A stretch of 64,000 bases of DNA, taken from the NCBI GenBank assembly GCA_044869275.1, contig JBIOXB010000139.1:32001-96000 (forward strand). The letters are read 5' to 3'. This DNA comes from a bacterium (lineage in GTDB: Bacteria; Zhuqueibacterota; Zhuqueibacteria; Zhuqueibacterales; Zhuqueibacteraceae). The number at the start of each line of letters is the position of its first letter. Positions within the stretch are counted from its first letter, which is position 1. The notes beneath the pieces were generated by a model. It had not been told where the DNA came from, made no database searches, and saw only the letters and a program-made list of their open reading frames with translations. A program made the position numbers and the translations under genes. Of the stretch, positions 38,562 to 48,976 are shown one piece after another.

Positions 38562-41483
38562 ATGATATCCCAAGACTTTTCAGTCGAAAATATAACTTCG
38601 GAATTGAATGCGGAGCAGTGCGAGGCCGTGGAATTTCTCGGCGGCCCGCTCGCCATCATTGCCGGCGCGGGCACGGGCAAAACGCGCGTCATCACCTACC
38701 GCATCGCGTATTTAATCGCCGCTAAAATCGCCAAGCCCAATCAGATCCTCGCGCTCACCTTCACCGACAAAGCCGCCGCGGAAATGGAGGAGCGCGTCGA
38801 CCTGCTCGTGCCTTATGGCTACACCGATGTCACCATCTCCACTTTTCATTCCTTCGGCGACCGCCTGGTGCGCGAGTTTGCGGTGGATCTCGGCCTGGAT
38901 CCGGATTTCAAGCTCTTGAGCTCCGCTGAGCAAGCGCTGTTTTTACGCGAGCATCTTTTCGAATTGCCGCTGAAATATTATCGCCCTCTGGGCAATCCCA
39001 CCAAATTTCTGCACGAGCTCACCCGGCATTTCAGCCGTTTGAAAGATGAAGATATTGCGCCGGCGGAATATGTAGCGTTTGCAGAACAATCTTTGCAGCA
39101 TGCAACAGATGATGCTGCCGGACGCCGCGACGCCGAAAAGCAACTGGAATTGGCGCGTTGCTATGAAGCCTATCAAGGCTTGATGGCCAAAAATGGCTTT
39201 GTCGATTTCGGCGATCAAATCGCCTTGTGCACGCGCTTGCTGCGCGAGCATGCCGACGTCCAGCGCAAGCTGCAGCAGCGCTATCAACATATTTTAGTGG
39301 ATGAATTTCAGGACACGAATTACGCCCAGTTTCAATTGGTGAAGGAGCTTGCCGCGGGGCACAGAAATCTCACCGTGGTGGCAGATGACGATCAATCCAT
39401 TTACAAATTTCGCGGTGCGGCCATCAGCAATATTTTGAATTTTGACGCGACCTATCCCGCCGCGCATTACGTCGTACTCACCAAGAATTACCGTTCCACG
39501 CAAGCGATTTTAGACGCTTCGTATCGCTTGATCCGGCAAAATGATCCCGACCGTCTCGAAGTCAAACGCCACATCAACAAAAAACTCACGGGCCGCAAGC
39601 CGGGAGGCAAAGCCGTCGAGCATATGCATTTCGACACCTTGAGCGCGGAGGCCCAGGCGGTGGCGCAGCGCATCGCGGAAAAAGTCAGCGCCGGCTTGCA
39701 GCGTTACTCGGACTATTGCATTCTGGTGCGTTCGAACGGCGCGGCCGATCCTTATCTGCGCGCGCTGGCCGAAGCGCGCGTGCCCTTTCGGTTCTCCGGC
39801 AATCGCGGCCTGTTTCAGCGCGAAGAGATTCGTTTGCTGATCGCCTTTATGCGCGTGCTGGTGAATCCGCAGGATTCAGTCAGCCTGTATCATCTGGCAC
39901 AATCGGACATTTATCGCGTGCCTATGGCGGATCTGCAAGAATTCTTACAGAAGAGCCACGAAACCAATCGCTCCCTGCTCAACCTGTTTCGCAGTTTTGA
40001 TGACTCCACTTGGGAAAAGCCGGTCTCGCTTGAGGGCCGCGCCACGCTCGCCAAACTATTGTCGGATTACGACAAATATCTCGTCAAATCGCGCGAGCTG
40101 CCCACCTATGCGCTGCTGTATAATTTTTTGAAAGAATCCGGCTATTTACAGGGCTTGATCAACGGCAGCAATCTCGAAGGCGACGCCAAAATTCGCAATC
40201 TCGCCAAGTTTTTTTTAACCGTGCAGAATTACGCGCATTTCACCGAGAGTGGCGATCTCGCTTTTTTCGTGAAGCATCTCGATTTGATGCGCGAGTTCGG
40301 CGACGACCCCGGCATGGCCGATCCTGACCTCGACGCCGAGGCCGTGCAGGTCATGACGGTGCACAAAGCCAAGGGCCTGGAGTTTCCCATCGTTTTCGTG
40401 GTGGGATTGGTCGATCAAAGATTTCCCACCGTCGCGCGCAGCTCGACGATCGAATTGCCGGAAGGCATCATCAAAGATACTTTGCCCGAAGGCGATTTTC
40501 ATCTGCAGGAAGAACGGCGGCTGTTTTACGTGGCCATGACGCGCGCCCAAAGCGAGCTTTATCTCACCAGCAGCCGCGATCACGGCGGTGCGCGCTTGCG
40601 CAAGGTGAGCCGGTTCGTGAAAGAAGCCATCGATGCCGCGCACACGGACGAGGATTTCATTAAAATCTCGCCGCTGGAAACATTGGCGCGCTTCGATATT
40701 CCCGACAAACCGCAGGCGGAGGAGCGCCACGCTCTGCCCGAAGATCAACCGCTCACCCTCGATCCGCACAAGATCGACGACTATCTCACCTGCCCGCTGA
40801 AATATAAATACATTCACGTGCTGCGCGTGCCGCTGCAGCCGCATCATTCCATCATTTACGGCCAGGCGATTCACGCCGCGATCAAGGAATATAATCAACG
40901 CAAAAAACAGCGCCGGCCTGTGACCAGTGAGGATTTGCTGCGTGTGTTTCAGGCCAAGTGGCGCAATCTCGGCTTTATCAGCCGCGAGCACGAGGATTTG
41001 CGCTTTGCGCGCGGCCAGGAGATTCTGCAAAAGTTCTTTGAGCAGGCGGAAAAAGAAAAACGCGTTCCGGTTTATGCCGAAGAAGCTTTTCACTTTCAAT
41101 TCGACCATCTGACCATCGCCGGCCGCTGGGATCGCGTGGATGAAGAGGGCGGCGAAGTCCATATCACGGATTACAAAGCCTCGGAAGTTGAAGATCAAAA
41201 AAAAGCGAATGAGCGCGCACGCGACAGTTTGCAATTGCGCATCTATGCCTGGGCATACGAGGAACGATTTGGCCGTGCGGTGAATGGCTGGCGCATGCAC
41301 TTCCTCGAATCCGGCGTGATCGGCGAAGCCGGGCGCAAGGACGTTTATTTCAACAAAGCGCGCAACGACGTGACGAAAGCCGCCACCGGCATTCGCCGGC
41401 GTGACTACACCCCCACGCCCAGCGCGTTCGTATGCCCCCATTGCGCGTTTCAGGATATTTGTCCGGCGGCGGAGCGTGAATAA
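38562..41483 (+). CDS. UvrD/PcrA-like SF1 helicase with a C-terminal PD-(D/E)XK nuclease
   Basis: AGAGTGKT, VDEFQD, MTVHKAKGLEF, EERRLFYVAMTRA; GRWDRVD...DYK; YLTCP and CPHC...C Fe-S cysteines. Confidence 0.93.
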   Translation: MISQDFSVENITSELNAEQCEAVEFLGGPLAIIAGAGTGKTRVITYRIAYLIAAKIAKPNQILALTFTDKAAAEMEERVDLLVPYGYTDVTISTFHSFGDRLVREFAVDLGLDPDFKLLSSAEQALFLREHLFELPLKYYRPLGNPTKFLHELTRHFSRLKDEDIAPAEYVAFAEQSLQHATDDAAGRRDAEKQLELARCYEAYQGLMAKNGFVDFGDQIALCTRLLREHADVQRKLQQRYQHILVDEFQDTNYAQFQLVKELAAGHRNLTVVADDDQSIYKFRGAAISNILNFDATYPAAHYVVLTKNYRSTQAILDASYRLIRQNDPDRLEVKRHINKKLTGRKPGGKAVEHMHFDTLSAEAQAVAQRIAEKVSAGLQRYSDYCILVRSNGAADPYLRALAEARVPFRFSGNRGLFQREEIRLLIAFMRVLVNPQDSVSLYHLAQSDIYRVPMADLQEFLQKSHETNRSLLNLFRSFDDSTWEKPVSLEGRATLAKLLSDYDKYLVKSRELPTYALLYNFLKESGYLQGLINGSNLEGDAKIRNLAKFFLTVQNYAHFTESGDLAFFVKHLDLMREFGDDPGMADPDLDAEAVQVMTVHKAKGLEFPIVFVVGLVDQRFPTVARSSTIELPEGIIKDTLPEGDFHLQEERRLFYVAMTRAQSELYLTSSRDHGGARLRKVSRFVKEAIDAAHTDEDFIKISPLETLARFDIPDKPQAEERHALPEDQPLTLDPHKIDDYLTCPLKYKYIHVLRVPLQPHHSIIYGQAIHAAIKEYNQRKKQRRPVTSEDLLRVFQAKWRNLGFISREHEDLRFARGQEILQKFFEQAEKEKRVPVYAEEAFHFQFDHLTIAGRWDRVDEEGGEVHITDYKASEVEDQKKANERARDSLQLRIYAWAYEERFGRAVNGWRMHFLESGVIGEAGRKDVYFNKARNDVTKAATGIRRRDYTPTPSAFVCPHCAFQDICPAAERE

Positions 41484-41791
41484 AAAAGAAAAAGGCAAAG
41501 AGCAAAAAGAATGTTCAAATCTCGTTACGGCGGCCACCGTCGTAACCCAGAGAAGACGCTCTGCGTCGCACCGCGCAAAGAACGTTTGCGAAAACAGTTT
41601 GCCAAACTGAGTTGCCTAAATTTGACGGCGAAAAAACCACCAGCATTGATTCTACTCGCCTCAACTTTTTTAAGATTAAGAATAAAGCTTTTGATCAAAG
41701 AAATCAGTGTGAATCCGTGTCATCCGCGTTATCCGAGTTCTAAAAGGGGCTAATGAACAGCCTGTAAAAAATCGCCGACGTCTCGGGACTC

Positions 41792-43015
41792 ATGACTGAC
41801 ACCAAAAAGGATGTACGCTTGGCTTTCTCAATACTACATTTCTCCGACTTGCACCTCGATGCCAACTTCGCGAGCAGTTATCTGCCCACGAAAGTGGCAC
41901 GGCAGTGCCGGGAGCAATTGCGGCAGACGTTGCGGCACATTTTAGAGCTGGCAAAGACGCGCAAAGCCGATGCCGTGACCATTGCCGGCGATTTGTTCGA
42001 GCGCGAGCGTTTGTCGCATGATACCGCGGCTTTTTTGTATGAAGAGTTCGACAAGCTCTCTCCGATTCCGGTGTTCATCGCGCCGGGCAATCATGACGCC
42101 GCCGACGCGGTGTCGTTGTATCAGCGCGGCCGCTGGCCGGAGAACGTCAACATCGCCATCAAACCGAGCTTGACGGAGTGGCGATTATCGAAGGATTTTT
42201 CGTTGTGGTCGGCGGCGCATTTGTCGCCCAGCGACCGCCAGAATTTTCTCGAGAGCTTTCGCGTGCCGGAGCCGGCGGCGGGCGCGCTCAAGCCGTTTCC
42301 CATGCTATTGCTGCATGCGAGTGTCATGGCCTCGCGCACGACGGATTTGCGCGCACACGCGCCACTGACGCTCGACGACGTGCGCGCCGCCGGATTCACG
42401 CTGGCATTGTTGGGGCATTATCACACCAGCCGCGTGCTGCGCAGTGAGAAACTCGTCGCCGTGTATCCCGGCAGCCCGGAGCCCTTGGGATTTCAGAATG
42501 AAGGCGGGCATGATGTTGCCTGGATTCAACTCACGCCCGGCGAGGCGCCCAGCGTGGAATTGTATCCGATCGCGACGCTAAATTTTGAGAACCTCGCCAT
42601 CGCGATTGACGATTGCCAGCATCGCGAACAGCTGCTCGACAAGATTCTGCAGATCACGCAAGAAAAAAAGCTCGCGCATAGCATCTTGCGCCTGCAGCTC
42701 ACCGGACAAGCCGCAGCCAGTTTGCAGCTCGACCTCGATCTCCTCACCACGCGCCTCGAAAAAGAATTTGCCTATTTGCGCTTGGAAGATCTCACCCGGC
42801 CGGCGTGGGATTGGGAAAAGCTCGTCGAGGAACCCACGGCCCGCGGCGAATTCGTGCGCGACATGAGGAGCTTGAGCGAGCGCGAGCCGGCGCGCCAGGA
42901 GTTTTATCGTGAAGCCCTGCACTATGGCCTGCAAGCATTCGAACATGAAGACATTAGACTGCAATCCTTTGCAGACTCCAATGGCAAGAATGATGAAAAA
43001 AACCAAAGTCGATGA
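41792..43015 (+). CDS. SbcD/Mre11 (YhaO-like) DNA repair exonuclease
   Basis: SDLHLD, AGDLFE, PGNHD, LGHYH, YPGSPE. Confidence 0.92.
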   Translation: MTDTKKDVRLAFSILHFSDLHLDANFASSYLPTKVARQCREQLRQTLRHILELAKTRKADAVTIAGDLFERERLSHDTAAFLYEEFDKLSPIPVFIAPGNHDAADAVSLYQRGRWPENVNIAIKPSLTEWRLSKDFSLWSAAHLSPSDRQNFLESFRVPEPAAGALKPFPMLLLHASVMASRTTDLRAHAPLTLDDVRAAGFTLALLGHYHTSRVLRSEKLVAVYPGSPEPLGFQNEGGHDVAWIQLTPGEAPSVELYPIATLNFENLAIAIDDCQHREQLLDKILQITQEKKLAHSILRLQLTGQAAASLQLDLDLLTTRLEKEFAYLRLEDLTRPAWDWEKLVEEPTARGEFVRDMRSLSEREPARQEFYREALHYGLQAFEHEDIRLQSFADSNGKNDEKNQSR

Positions 43016-43030
43016 ACGGGCGTTGATGAC

Positions 43031-45814
43031 ATGAAATTGCTCGAGCTCAATCTCCAAGCCTTCGGGCGATTGTCGAACCGCAGCTTCACGTTTCATCCCC
43101 AGCTCAACGTCATCACCGGGCCGAATGAAGCGGGAAAATCGACTCTGCAGCACGCGATTCTGGCCTTGCTGTACGGCTTTTATAACCATGCGCGTGCGTT
43201 GCAGCGCGAACAGGAAATGCACGACCGCTTCCGGCCCTGGGGCTCGGAGAAATATGCCGGCAGTCTGAAATATCGCCTCGACGACGGCACGGCCTTGATC
43301 GTCCATCGCGATTTCGCGCATGACGACATTTCCACGCAATTGCTCGATGCCGTCACCGGCGAAGATTTGACCCAACGCTACGCGCGTGGACGGCACGGCA
43401 AAAGTGATTTCATCGAAAGGCAGCTCGGCATGTCGCGCGCCGTGTTTTTGAATACCGCCTTCGTGCAGCAAGGCGAACTGCGCAGCTTCAAACAACGCGA
43501 CGCGGCGGGCATTTCCGATGCCATTTTGACTTTGCTGGATTCCGCCGGCACCGAAACCTCCGCCGAGCAAGCGCTCGAGCGCCTGGATAAGACCTTGCGT
43601 GAGCTGTTCAGCGAACGCTCCCCCAAAACCGTGCTCTCGCAGGCGCGCCAGCGCCTCGAAGATTTGCACGAGAAACGCGCGCTGCGCCAAGCCACGCAAC
43701 GCGCGGTGCAGCAAGAAATCGAAAAAGCCGAAACGCTCTCCCTGGAAATCGACGAGCTCAAATCGCACGTTGAAGCGCTGGCGCGGCAACTGTTGGAAAC
43801 GCAGCTTGAATTGCTGCGCGCACGCTTGCGCCGCTGGCAGGAAAGCGAGAGCCGCCGGCAAAAATTGGAGGCCGAGACCGCGGAGCTGGCACACCTCGCG
43901 AATTTTCCGGTGGAGCTCAAAGAGCAGTTTTTTCAGTTGCGCGACGAATTTCTGCATCTGGAAAAATTACATCTGGTGCTGGCGGACGAGCGCAACAGCA
44001 TCGAGCTGCGCTTGATGGGCCTGCAGGAAAAGAGCGGCAGCGCACCGGTGCCCGTCCGGCTCTGGCAGAATTCTTCCTTCGAAGATTTTCTCGCGTTGCG
44101 GCAGCGCTGGCAAACAGCATTTGAAGAAGTCATCGGCAGCGAGAGCGCGTGCCATGCCGCGGACGATCAACTCAAGAGCGCCGGTATCGGCGAACCCGAG
44201 CGCGCCTTGTTCGCCTCCTTGGATGCGCCGCGGCTGGAACATTTGCGCGAGTTTGAGGCGGCGCTCAACGAAGCCGAAGCGGAAGTCAACGGCATCCGCG
44301 CTGAATTTGAGGCGCATGGACGCGAGTTGCCGCACCGCCGCCGCGTGCTCGGCTTCGTCTCCGGCATCGCGCTCTTCACCATGATTACTTCGCTGATCCA
44401 TATCGGCATGAGCCCGGAGGGCACCTCCCATTTTGGCGACGCCATGCTGGTGTTTTTGAGTTTTGCGATTTTACTAGGCTGCCTCGCCGTTGAGGTGCGC
44501 GGCCAGGCCTCCGGCAAGGAATTGCGCCGCGAATTGGTGGATTCCGAAAATAAATTCATGGAAGAGCGGCGCCGGCTGCGCGACGTCTTGTTGCAATATC
44601 GTGCGGACTCCTTGAACGAGCTGATGCAGCGCCGCATGCAATATCTCGAGCTGAACGCGGCAGTGGAAAAGCACCGACAGCTCAGGGCGGAGATGGAAAA
44701 AATCGAAAAAGGCTTGCAGCCCTGGATGGCGGAATTGGGCATCGGTCACATTGCGATGGAAACCGTGACGGAAGCCGAGAAACGGCTGCGGGAAAGCCAT
44801 CAACTGTATGCTGCCAACCAATCTCTGCATCAACGCCTGCAGGAAATCCAACGGCAGCAGCAAGACCTGCAAAAGAACCGGCAAAGCTACGTGCAGCAGC
44901 TCGAAGCGATTTTGCAAAGCGCCGGCATCGACGAGCCCGCGGGAGAAAAAGCATTTCAAGCATTTTTAGCGGGCTGCCAGAAGCGCGAATATCTCGATAC
45001 CGTGCGCATGCAAAAGCAGCAAGCGGAAACGCTCAGCACGGAGATCCTGGAAAACGAACGGGTGGAGGCTTTGTCCGCACAAATCAAACAGCTGGAAAGT
45101 GAATGGTCCGCCCTGCCTCCGCGCGTGAGCGGAGCCGCCAGCTCAAAGCGTGAGGTTTCCGAAAGCGCCATTGCCGCGCTGCGCACCACGCGTGAAAATG
45201 TGCAACGTGAGATTCACCAGCATCAGCAGGCGCTGTCGGTTTTGCAGGAGCGCATCGCCGCGCGCTTGCAAGGCCTGCCACCGCTCGCCGAAATCGAGGA
45301 AGAAATCGCCCGGGAAGAGGCGCGCATCGCGCGGTATGAAACCGCCAAGCAGGCTTTGGAGCTGGCGCGCGAGCGCATCGCGCAAGCGGCACAACGCCTG
45401 CATCGCGATTTCGTGCCGCGCTTGAAGGAATTTACCGCCAGCCATCTGGGAAAGCTCACCGCCGGAAAGTATACCGGCTTGTTGATCGATCCCGCGACGT
45501 TTGCCATGCGCGTGGAACGTGGCCAGCACGCGGCGCCGGTGGATTTGGAAAAGCTGAGCCACGGCACACGCGAACAGGTTTATCTCTTGTTGCGTGCCGC
45601 CGTCGCCGATCTGTTTGCGCACAATGCCGAAGCCGCTCCCCTGTTTTGGGACGATCCCCTGGTGCATGCCGATGCCGAACGCCAGCGCCAGGCGCTGGAG
45701 ATTTGCCCTTTGCTGGTGGAGAAACAACAACTTTTTTATTTCACCAAAGATCAAGAAATCGTGGAATATTTTCGCGAGCGTTACGGTTCGGAGGCAATCA
45801 TTCGGCTGGCGTAG
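43031..45814 (+). CDS. YhaN-like SMC/Rad50-type ATPase with a central 2-TM hairpin
   Basis: GPNEAGKST, long coiled coils, LSHGTREQ signature, WDDPLVHAD. Confidence 0.9.
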   Translation: MKLLELNLQAFGRLSNRSFTFHPQLNVITGPNEAGKSTLQHAILALLYGFYNHARALQREQEMHDRFRPWGSEKYAGSLKYRLDDGTALIVHRDFAHDDISTQLLDAVTGEDLTQRYARGRHGKSDFIERQLGMSRAVFLNTAFVQQGELRSFKQRDAAGISDAILTLLDSAGTETSAEQALERLDKTLRELFSERSPKTVLSQARQRLEDLHEKRALRQATQRAVQQEIEKAETLSLEIDELKSHVEALARQLLETQLELLRARLRRWQESESRRQKLEAETAELAHLANFPVELKEQFFQLRDEFLHLEKLHLVLADERNSIELRLMGLQEKSGSAPVPVRLWQNSSFEDFLALRQRWQTAFEEVIGSESACHAADDQLKSAGIGEPERALFASLDAPRLEHLREFEAALNEAEAEVNGIRAEFEAHGRELPHRRRVLGFVSGIALFTMITSLIHIGMSPEGTSHFGDAMLVFLSFAILLGCLAVEVRGQASGKELRRELVDSENKFMEERRRLRDVLLQYRADSLNELMQRRMQYLELNAAVEKHRQLRAEMEKIEKGLQPWMAELGIGHIAMETVTEAEKRLRESHQLYAANQSLHQRLQEIQRQQQDLQKNRQSYVQQLEAILQSAGIDEPAGEKAFQAFLAGCQKREYLDTVRMQKQQAETLSTEILENERVEALSAQIKQLESEWSALPPRVSGAASSKREVSESAIAALRTTRENVQREIHQHQQALSVLQERIAARLQGLPPLAEIEEEIAREEARIARYETAKQALELARERIAQAAQRLHRDFVPRLKEFTASHLGKLTAGKYTGLLIDPATFAMRVERGQHAAPVDLEKLSHGTREQVYLLLRAAVADLFAHNAEAAPLFWDDPLVHADAERQRQALEICPLLVEKQQLFYFTKDQEIVEYFRERYGSEAIIRLA

Positions 45815-45904
45815 AGATTGATTGCAACTTCTATTGCGCTTTATGCGTAACTTTCATCGCTCTATCATATTCAGACTGTGAGAAAACGCCTGGTTTCACC
45901 GCAG

Positions 45905-45952
45905 GCCGAGCTTGCCGAAGGCTGAGCTTGCCGCTGGCTGAGCTTGCCGAAG
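45905..45952 (+). repeat. Three 16-bp tandem repeats
   Basis: gccgagcttgccgaag gctgagcttgccgctg gctgagcttgccgaag. Confidence 0.75.
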
Positions 45953-46010
45953 CCTGACGACCAATAAGCTGCTGCATTGAAATACCATTACTTCCTTAAA
46001 CAAGCACCAT

Positions 46011-47234
46011 ATGCGCTCTTATTTTCCTCATGCCGTTGTTTTGGTTTCGATCTTGGTGATCTCTTCGTTTTGCCGCTATCTTCTCCAGAAATACAATTCC
46101 CGTTGGTGGCAAAAGGCTTTCATCCGGCGTCTGGCCTGGCTGGGGCCGGCGGCGGGCGGGCTCGGCATCCTGTGCTGGGCGCTCGGCACGAGCACGCAGA
46201 GCTATGTCTTGATCACGTTCGGCGCGATGCTTGCCGTCATCATCGTAATCGCGTCGTTGTCGAGCCTGGTCGCATTGCCGTTCGCGAGCTTGATGAATTT
46301 TCTCGCGCACCGAAACAGCGCTGCACCGGTGGCTGCTCTCGCCTCTGTGCCTGCGAATTTCGACGCCGAACGCCGGCGTTTTTTACAGGCCACGGCCGCG
46401 GCTTTGCCGGTGCTTTCCATTTCCGGTGGTATGGCCGGACTGACGAAATCTTTTGAAGAAATTCGCACACCGGTTTTGCGCCTGCGCTTTCCGGATCTGC
46501 CCGTTGATTTGGCGGGGCTGAAAATCCTCCATCTTTCCGATTTGCATCTCGGCTATTATCGCGGTCTGCCGGAGATGGAAAAGCTTTTCCTTCGCCTGGA
46601 AAATGCCAGCGCCGACCTGGTACTGGTCACCGGCGATGTTGCCGATGACTTGCACTTGCTGCCGGACATTCTGTGCATGATCGAGGCTTTGCATCCTCCG
46701 CTGGGCGTTTGGGCTGCGCTGGGCAATCACGAATACTTCCGCGGCATCCAGCGCGTGCGCCGGTATTTTGAGAAGAGCCCGGTGCCACTGCTGTGCGAAA
46801 GTGGCCAGACACTTGCGCGCGGCGCAGCCACGATTTTTGTCGCTGGCGCTGACGACCCGCGTGCACAGCGCGATTTGAATCCGGAAGACTTCCTGCTGCG
46901 ATCGGTGGATGCGGCTGTGCGCGAGGCCCCCGGCCGTGCTTTCAACATTCTAATGACGCATCGGCCTGGCGGTTTCGATCGCGCCGCTGAGTTGGGTGTC
47001 GATCTGACGCTCGCCGGACACACGCATGGCATGCAAATCGGTTACCGCGGCCGCAGCATGTTTGAAACTTGGGCGCCGGAAAAATACTTGTGGGGACATT
47101 ATCGCAAAGGCAACAGCCATCTCTACACTTCCTCCGGCGTCGGCCATTGGTTCCCTTTCCGTCTGGGATGCCCGCCGGAAGCGCCGCTCATTATTCTGGA
47201 GAGCGCAGACCCACCAAAGCCTCAAACGGCTTAA
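46011..47234 (+). CDS. Membrane-bound YkuE-like metallophosphoesterase
   Basis: SDLH, TGD, LGNHE, LAGHTHG; three N-terminal TMs followed by RRRFL. Confidence 0.92.
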   Translation: MRSYFPHAVVLVSILVISSFCRYLLQKYNSRWWQKAFIRRLAWLGPAAGGLGILCWALGTSTQSYVLITFGAMLAVIIVIASLSSLVALPFASLMNFLAHRNSAAPVAALASVPANFDAERRRFLQATAAALPVLSISGGMAGLTKSFEEIRTPVLRLRFPDLPVDLAGLKILHLSDLHLGYYRGLPEMEKLFLRLENASADLVLVTGDVADDLHLLPDILCMIEALHPPLGVWAALGNHEYFRGIQRVRRYFEKSPVPLLCESGQTLARGAATIFVAGADDPRAQRDLNPEDFLLRSVDAAVREAPGRAFNILMTHRPGGFDRAAELGVDLTLAGHTHGMQIGYRGRSMFETWAPEKYLWGHYRKGNSHLYTSSGVGHWFPFRLGCPPEAPLIILESADPPKPQTA

Positions 47235-47418
47235 CTCGACCCTGCCATAGTCAAAAAGAACCGCCGCGTCGCCGGGCTCGCAGAGTGTGGTTGCTTTGCA
47301 TTCTCAGCGCATTCTGCGACGCAGCGGTGAATCTGACAAAGTCGAACGATTGATAACCAATTCTCTTAAATCTGTGCACTGATAGCTTGACTCATCGCGA
47401 TTCTCTTTTTGGATTTCT

Positions 47419-48840
47419 ATGGCCAATCCTCCCAACAGAACTTTTGATCGTTCCCTCACCGAAGGCCCGATTTTGCAGGCAGTCTGGAAGCTCGCCTGGC
47501 CGACGATGTTGCAAAATATCATCGCCGGCTTGCAGGGTATCATTGATCATACCATGGTCGGCCATCTCGTGGGTTACGCCGCCAATGCCGCCATCGGCGT
47601 GAGCTGGCAGATTTTTCTCGTCGTCCTGGTTTTCATCAGCTCCCTGTATGCCGGCATGGGCGCGATGGTGGCGCGCTTTGCGGGCGCGGGCGAGCTGGAA
47701 AAAGTCAACCGCGTGGTGTATCAGGCGTTTCTCACTTCGATCTTTTTAGCGCTGGGGGTTTTCGCCCCGCTGGGCTATTTTTTCTCGCCGCACTTGCTGG
47801 AGCTCGTGCACGCCACGCCCGAAGTGAAAGCCGGGGCTTTGCCTTATTTGCGTACGATGTTCGGCTTCAGTTTCGGCATGTTGATTTTCTTTTTGCTCGG
47901 CGGCGCATTGCGCGCGGCCGGCGATGCCCGCACGCCGCTGCGCCTGGGCATTCTCATGACCGTGCTCAATTTGATCTTGAATATTATTTTGATTCGTGGC
48001 CTCGGCCCAATCCCCGCACTGGGCACCTACGGCGCGGCGTTGGGAACAGTGATCGCCAGCGGCATCGTTGCGGTGCTGGGCATCGGTTTGCTGTTTTCAC
48101 CGCGTTCGGCCGTGCACTTTCCCAAGAACATGAGTTGGAAGCCGGACTGGGATATCATTCGCTCGCTCTTCCGTTTCGGATTACCGGCCGGGTTTCAAGG
48201 CATTGCGATGAACGTCGCTGGCGTGTTGTTGCTGCGTTACATCGGCTCCTTGCCAAACAGCGCGGCCGCACAGGCCGCATACGCCGTGGGTTACACGGAA
48301 TTGTTTTCGCTGATCACGTGGACCTCGGTGGGCTTGATGGGCGCGACCGCGGCCCTGGCGGGACAAAATTTAGGCGCGGGCAAACCCGAGCGCTGCAAAC
48401 AAGTCGTCCATACCGCCTCCATAATTGGCTTGGGCGTGGCCATTGCGATTGGTCTGCTTTTTCAGCTCATCCCCAGAAGTTTGCTCGGCCTTTTCGGAAT
48501 GGCAGAGGGGCCCGTGGTCGATATCGGCGTGCAACTGCTGCGTTATCTGAGCGTTTCGGGACTGTTTATCAGCTGCGCGTTGGTCTATACCGGCGGCTTG
48601 CAGGGCACAGGCGACACGCGCAGCCCGCTGTATATTTCTTTGATTTCGCAGATCGCGATTTCGCTCGGCTACTGCGCCTTGCAACAATCACAAGGCAGCT
48701 TGCAACCCTCTGACATCTGGTTGGCTATCGTCATGGGCCACGCCGCGCGTTGTCTGCTTTCGATGTGGAAATTCCGGCAGGGGAAATGGCAGGAGATCAG
48801 AATGGAAATTCGCAGTGCCGAAAAACTCGCTGTGGAGTGA
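47419..48840 (+). CDS. MATE family efflux transporter
   Basis: LTEGPI, LAWP, GDARTPL, GQNLGAG, GDTRSPL. Confidence 0.94.
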   Translation: MANPPNRTFDRSLTEGPILQAVWKLAWPTMLQNIIAGLQGIIDHTMVGHLVGYAANAAIGVSWQIFLVVLVFISSLYAGMGAMVARFAGAGELEKVNRVVYQAFLTSIFLALGVFAPLGYFFSPHLLELVHATPEVKAGALPYLRTMFGFSFGMLIFFLLGGALRAAGDARTPLRLGILMTVLNLILNIILIRGLGPIPALGTYGAALGTVIASGIVAVLGIGLLFSPRSAVHFPKNMSWKPDWDIIRSLFRFGLPAGFQGIAMNVAGVLLLRYIGSLPNSAAAQAAYAVGYTELFSLITWTSVGLMGATAALAGQNLGAGKPERCKQVVHTASIIGLGVAIAIGLLFQLIPRSLLGLFGMAEGPVVDIGVQLLRYLSVSGLFISCALVYTGGLQGTGDTRSPLYISLISQIAISLGYCALQQSQGSLQPSDIWLAIVMGHAARCLLSMWKFRQGKWQEIRMEIRSAEKLAVE

Positions 48841-48976
48841 GGCGGGCTGGGGCGAGAGCTGAGTGAAGGGGCGATAGTATTAGGTGCTCTCATAGATCTC
48901 CTCGGCTCCATTTCCAACAACTGCCATTTTTAGTTTTCCGTGCTACCTCGAACGAGAACCTCGGTTACGAAACAAT

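Noticed and set aside
40700..41483. Cas4 gene
   Set aside because: The Fe-S PD-(D/E)XK domain is fused to a UvrD helicase and has no CRISPR context
45905..45952. 16-bp repeats as a CRISPR array
   Set aside because: Directly tandem with no spacers and no cas genes
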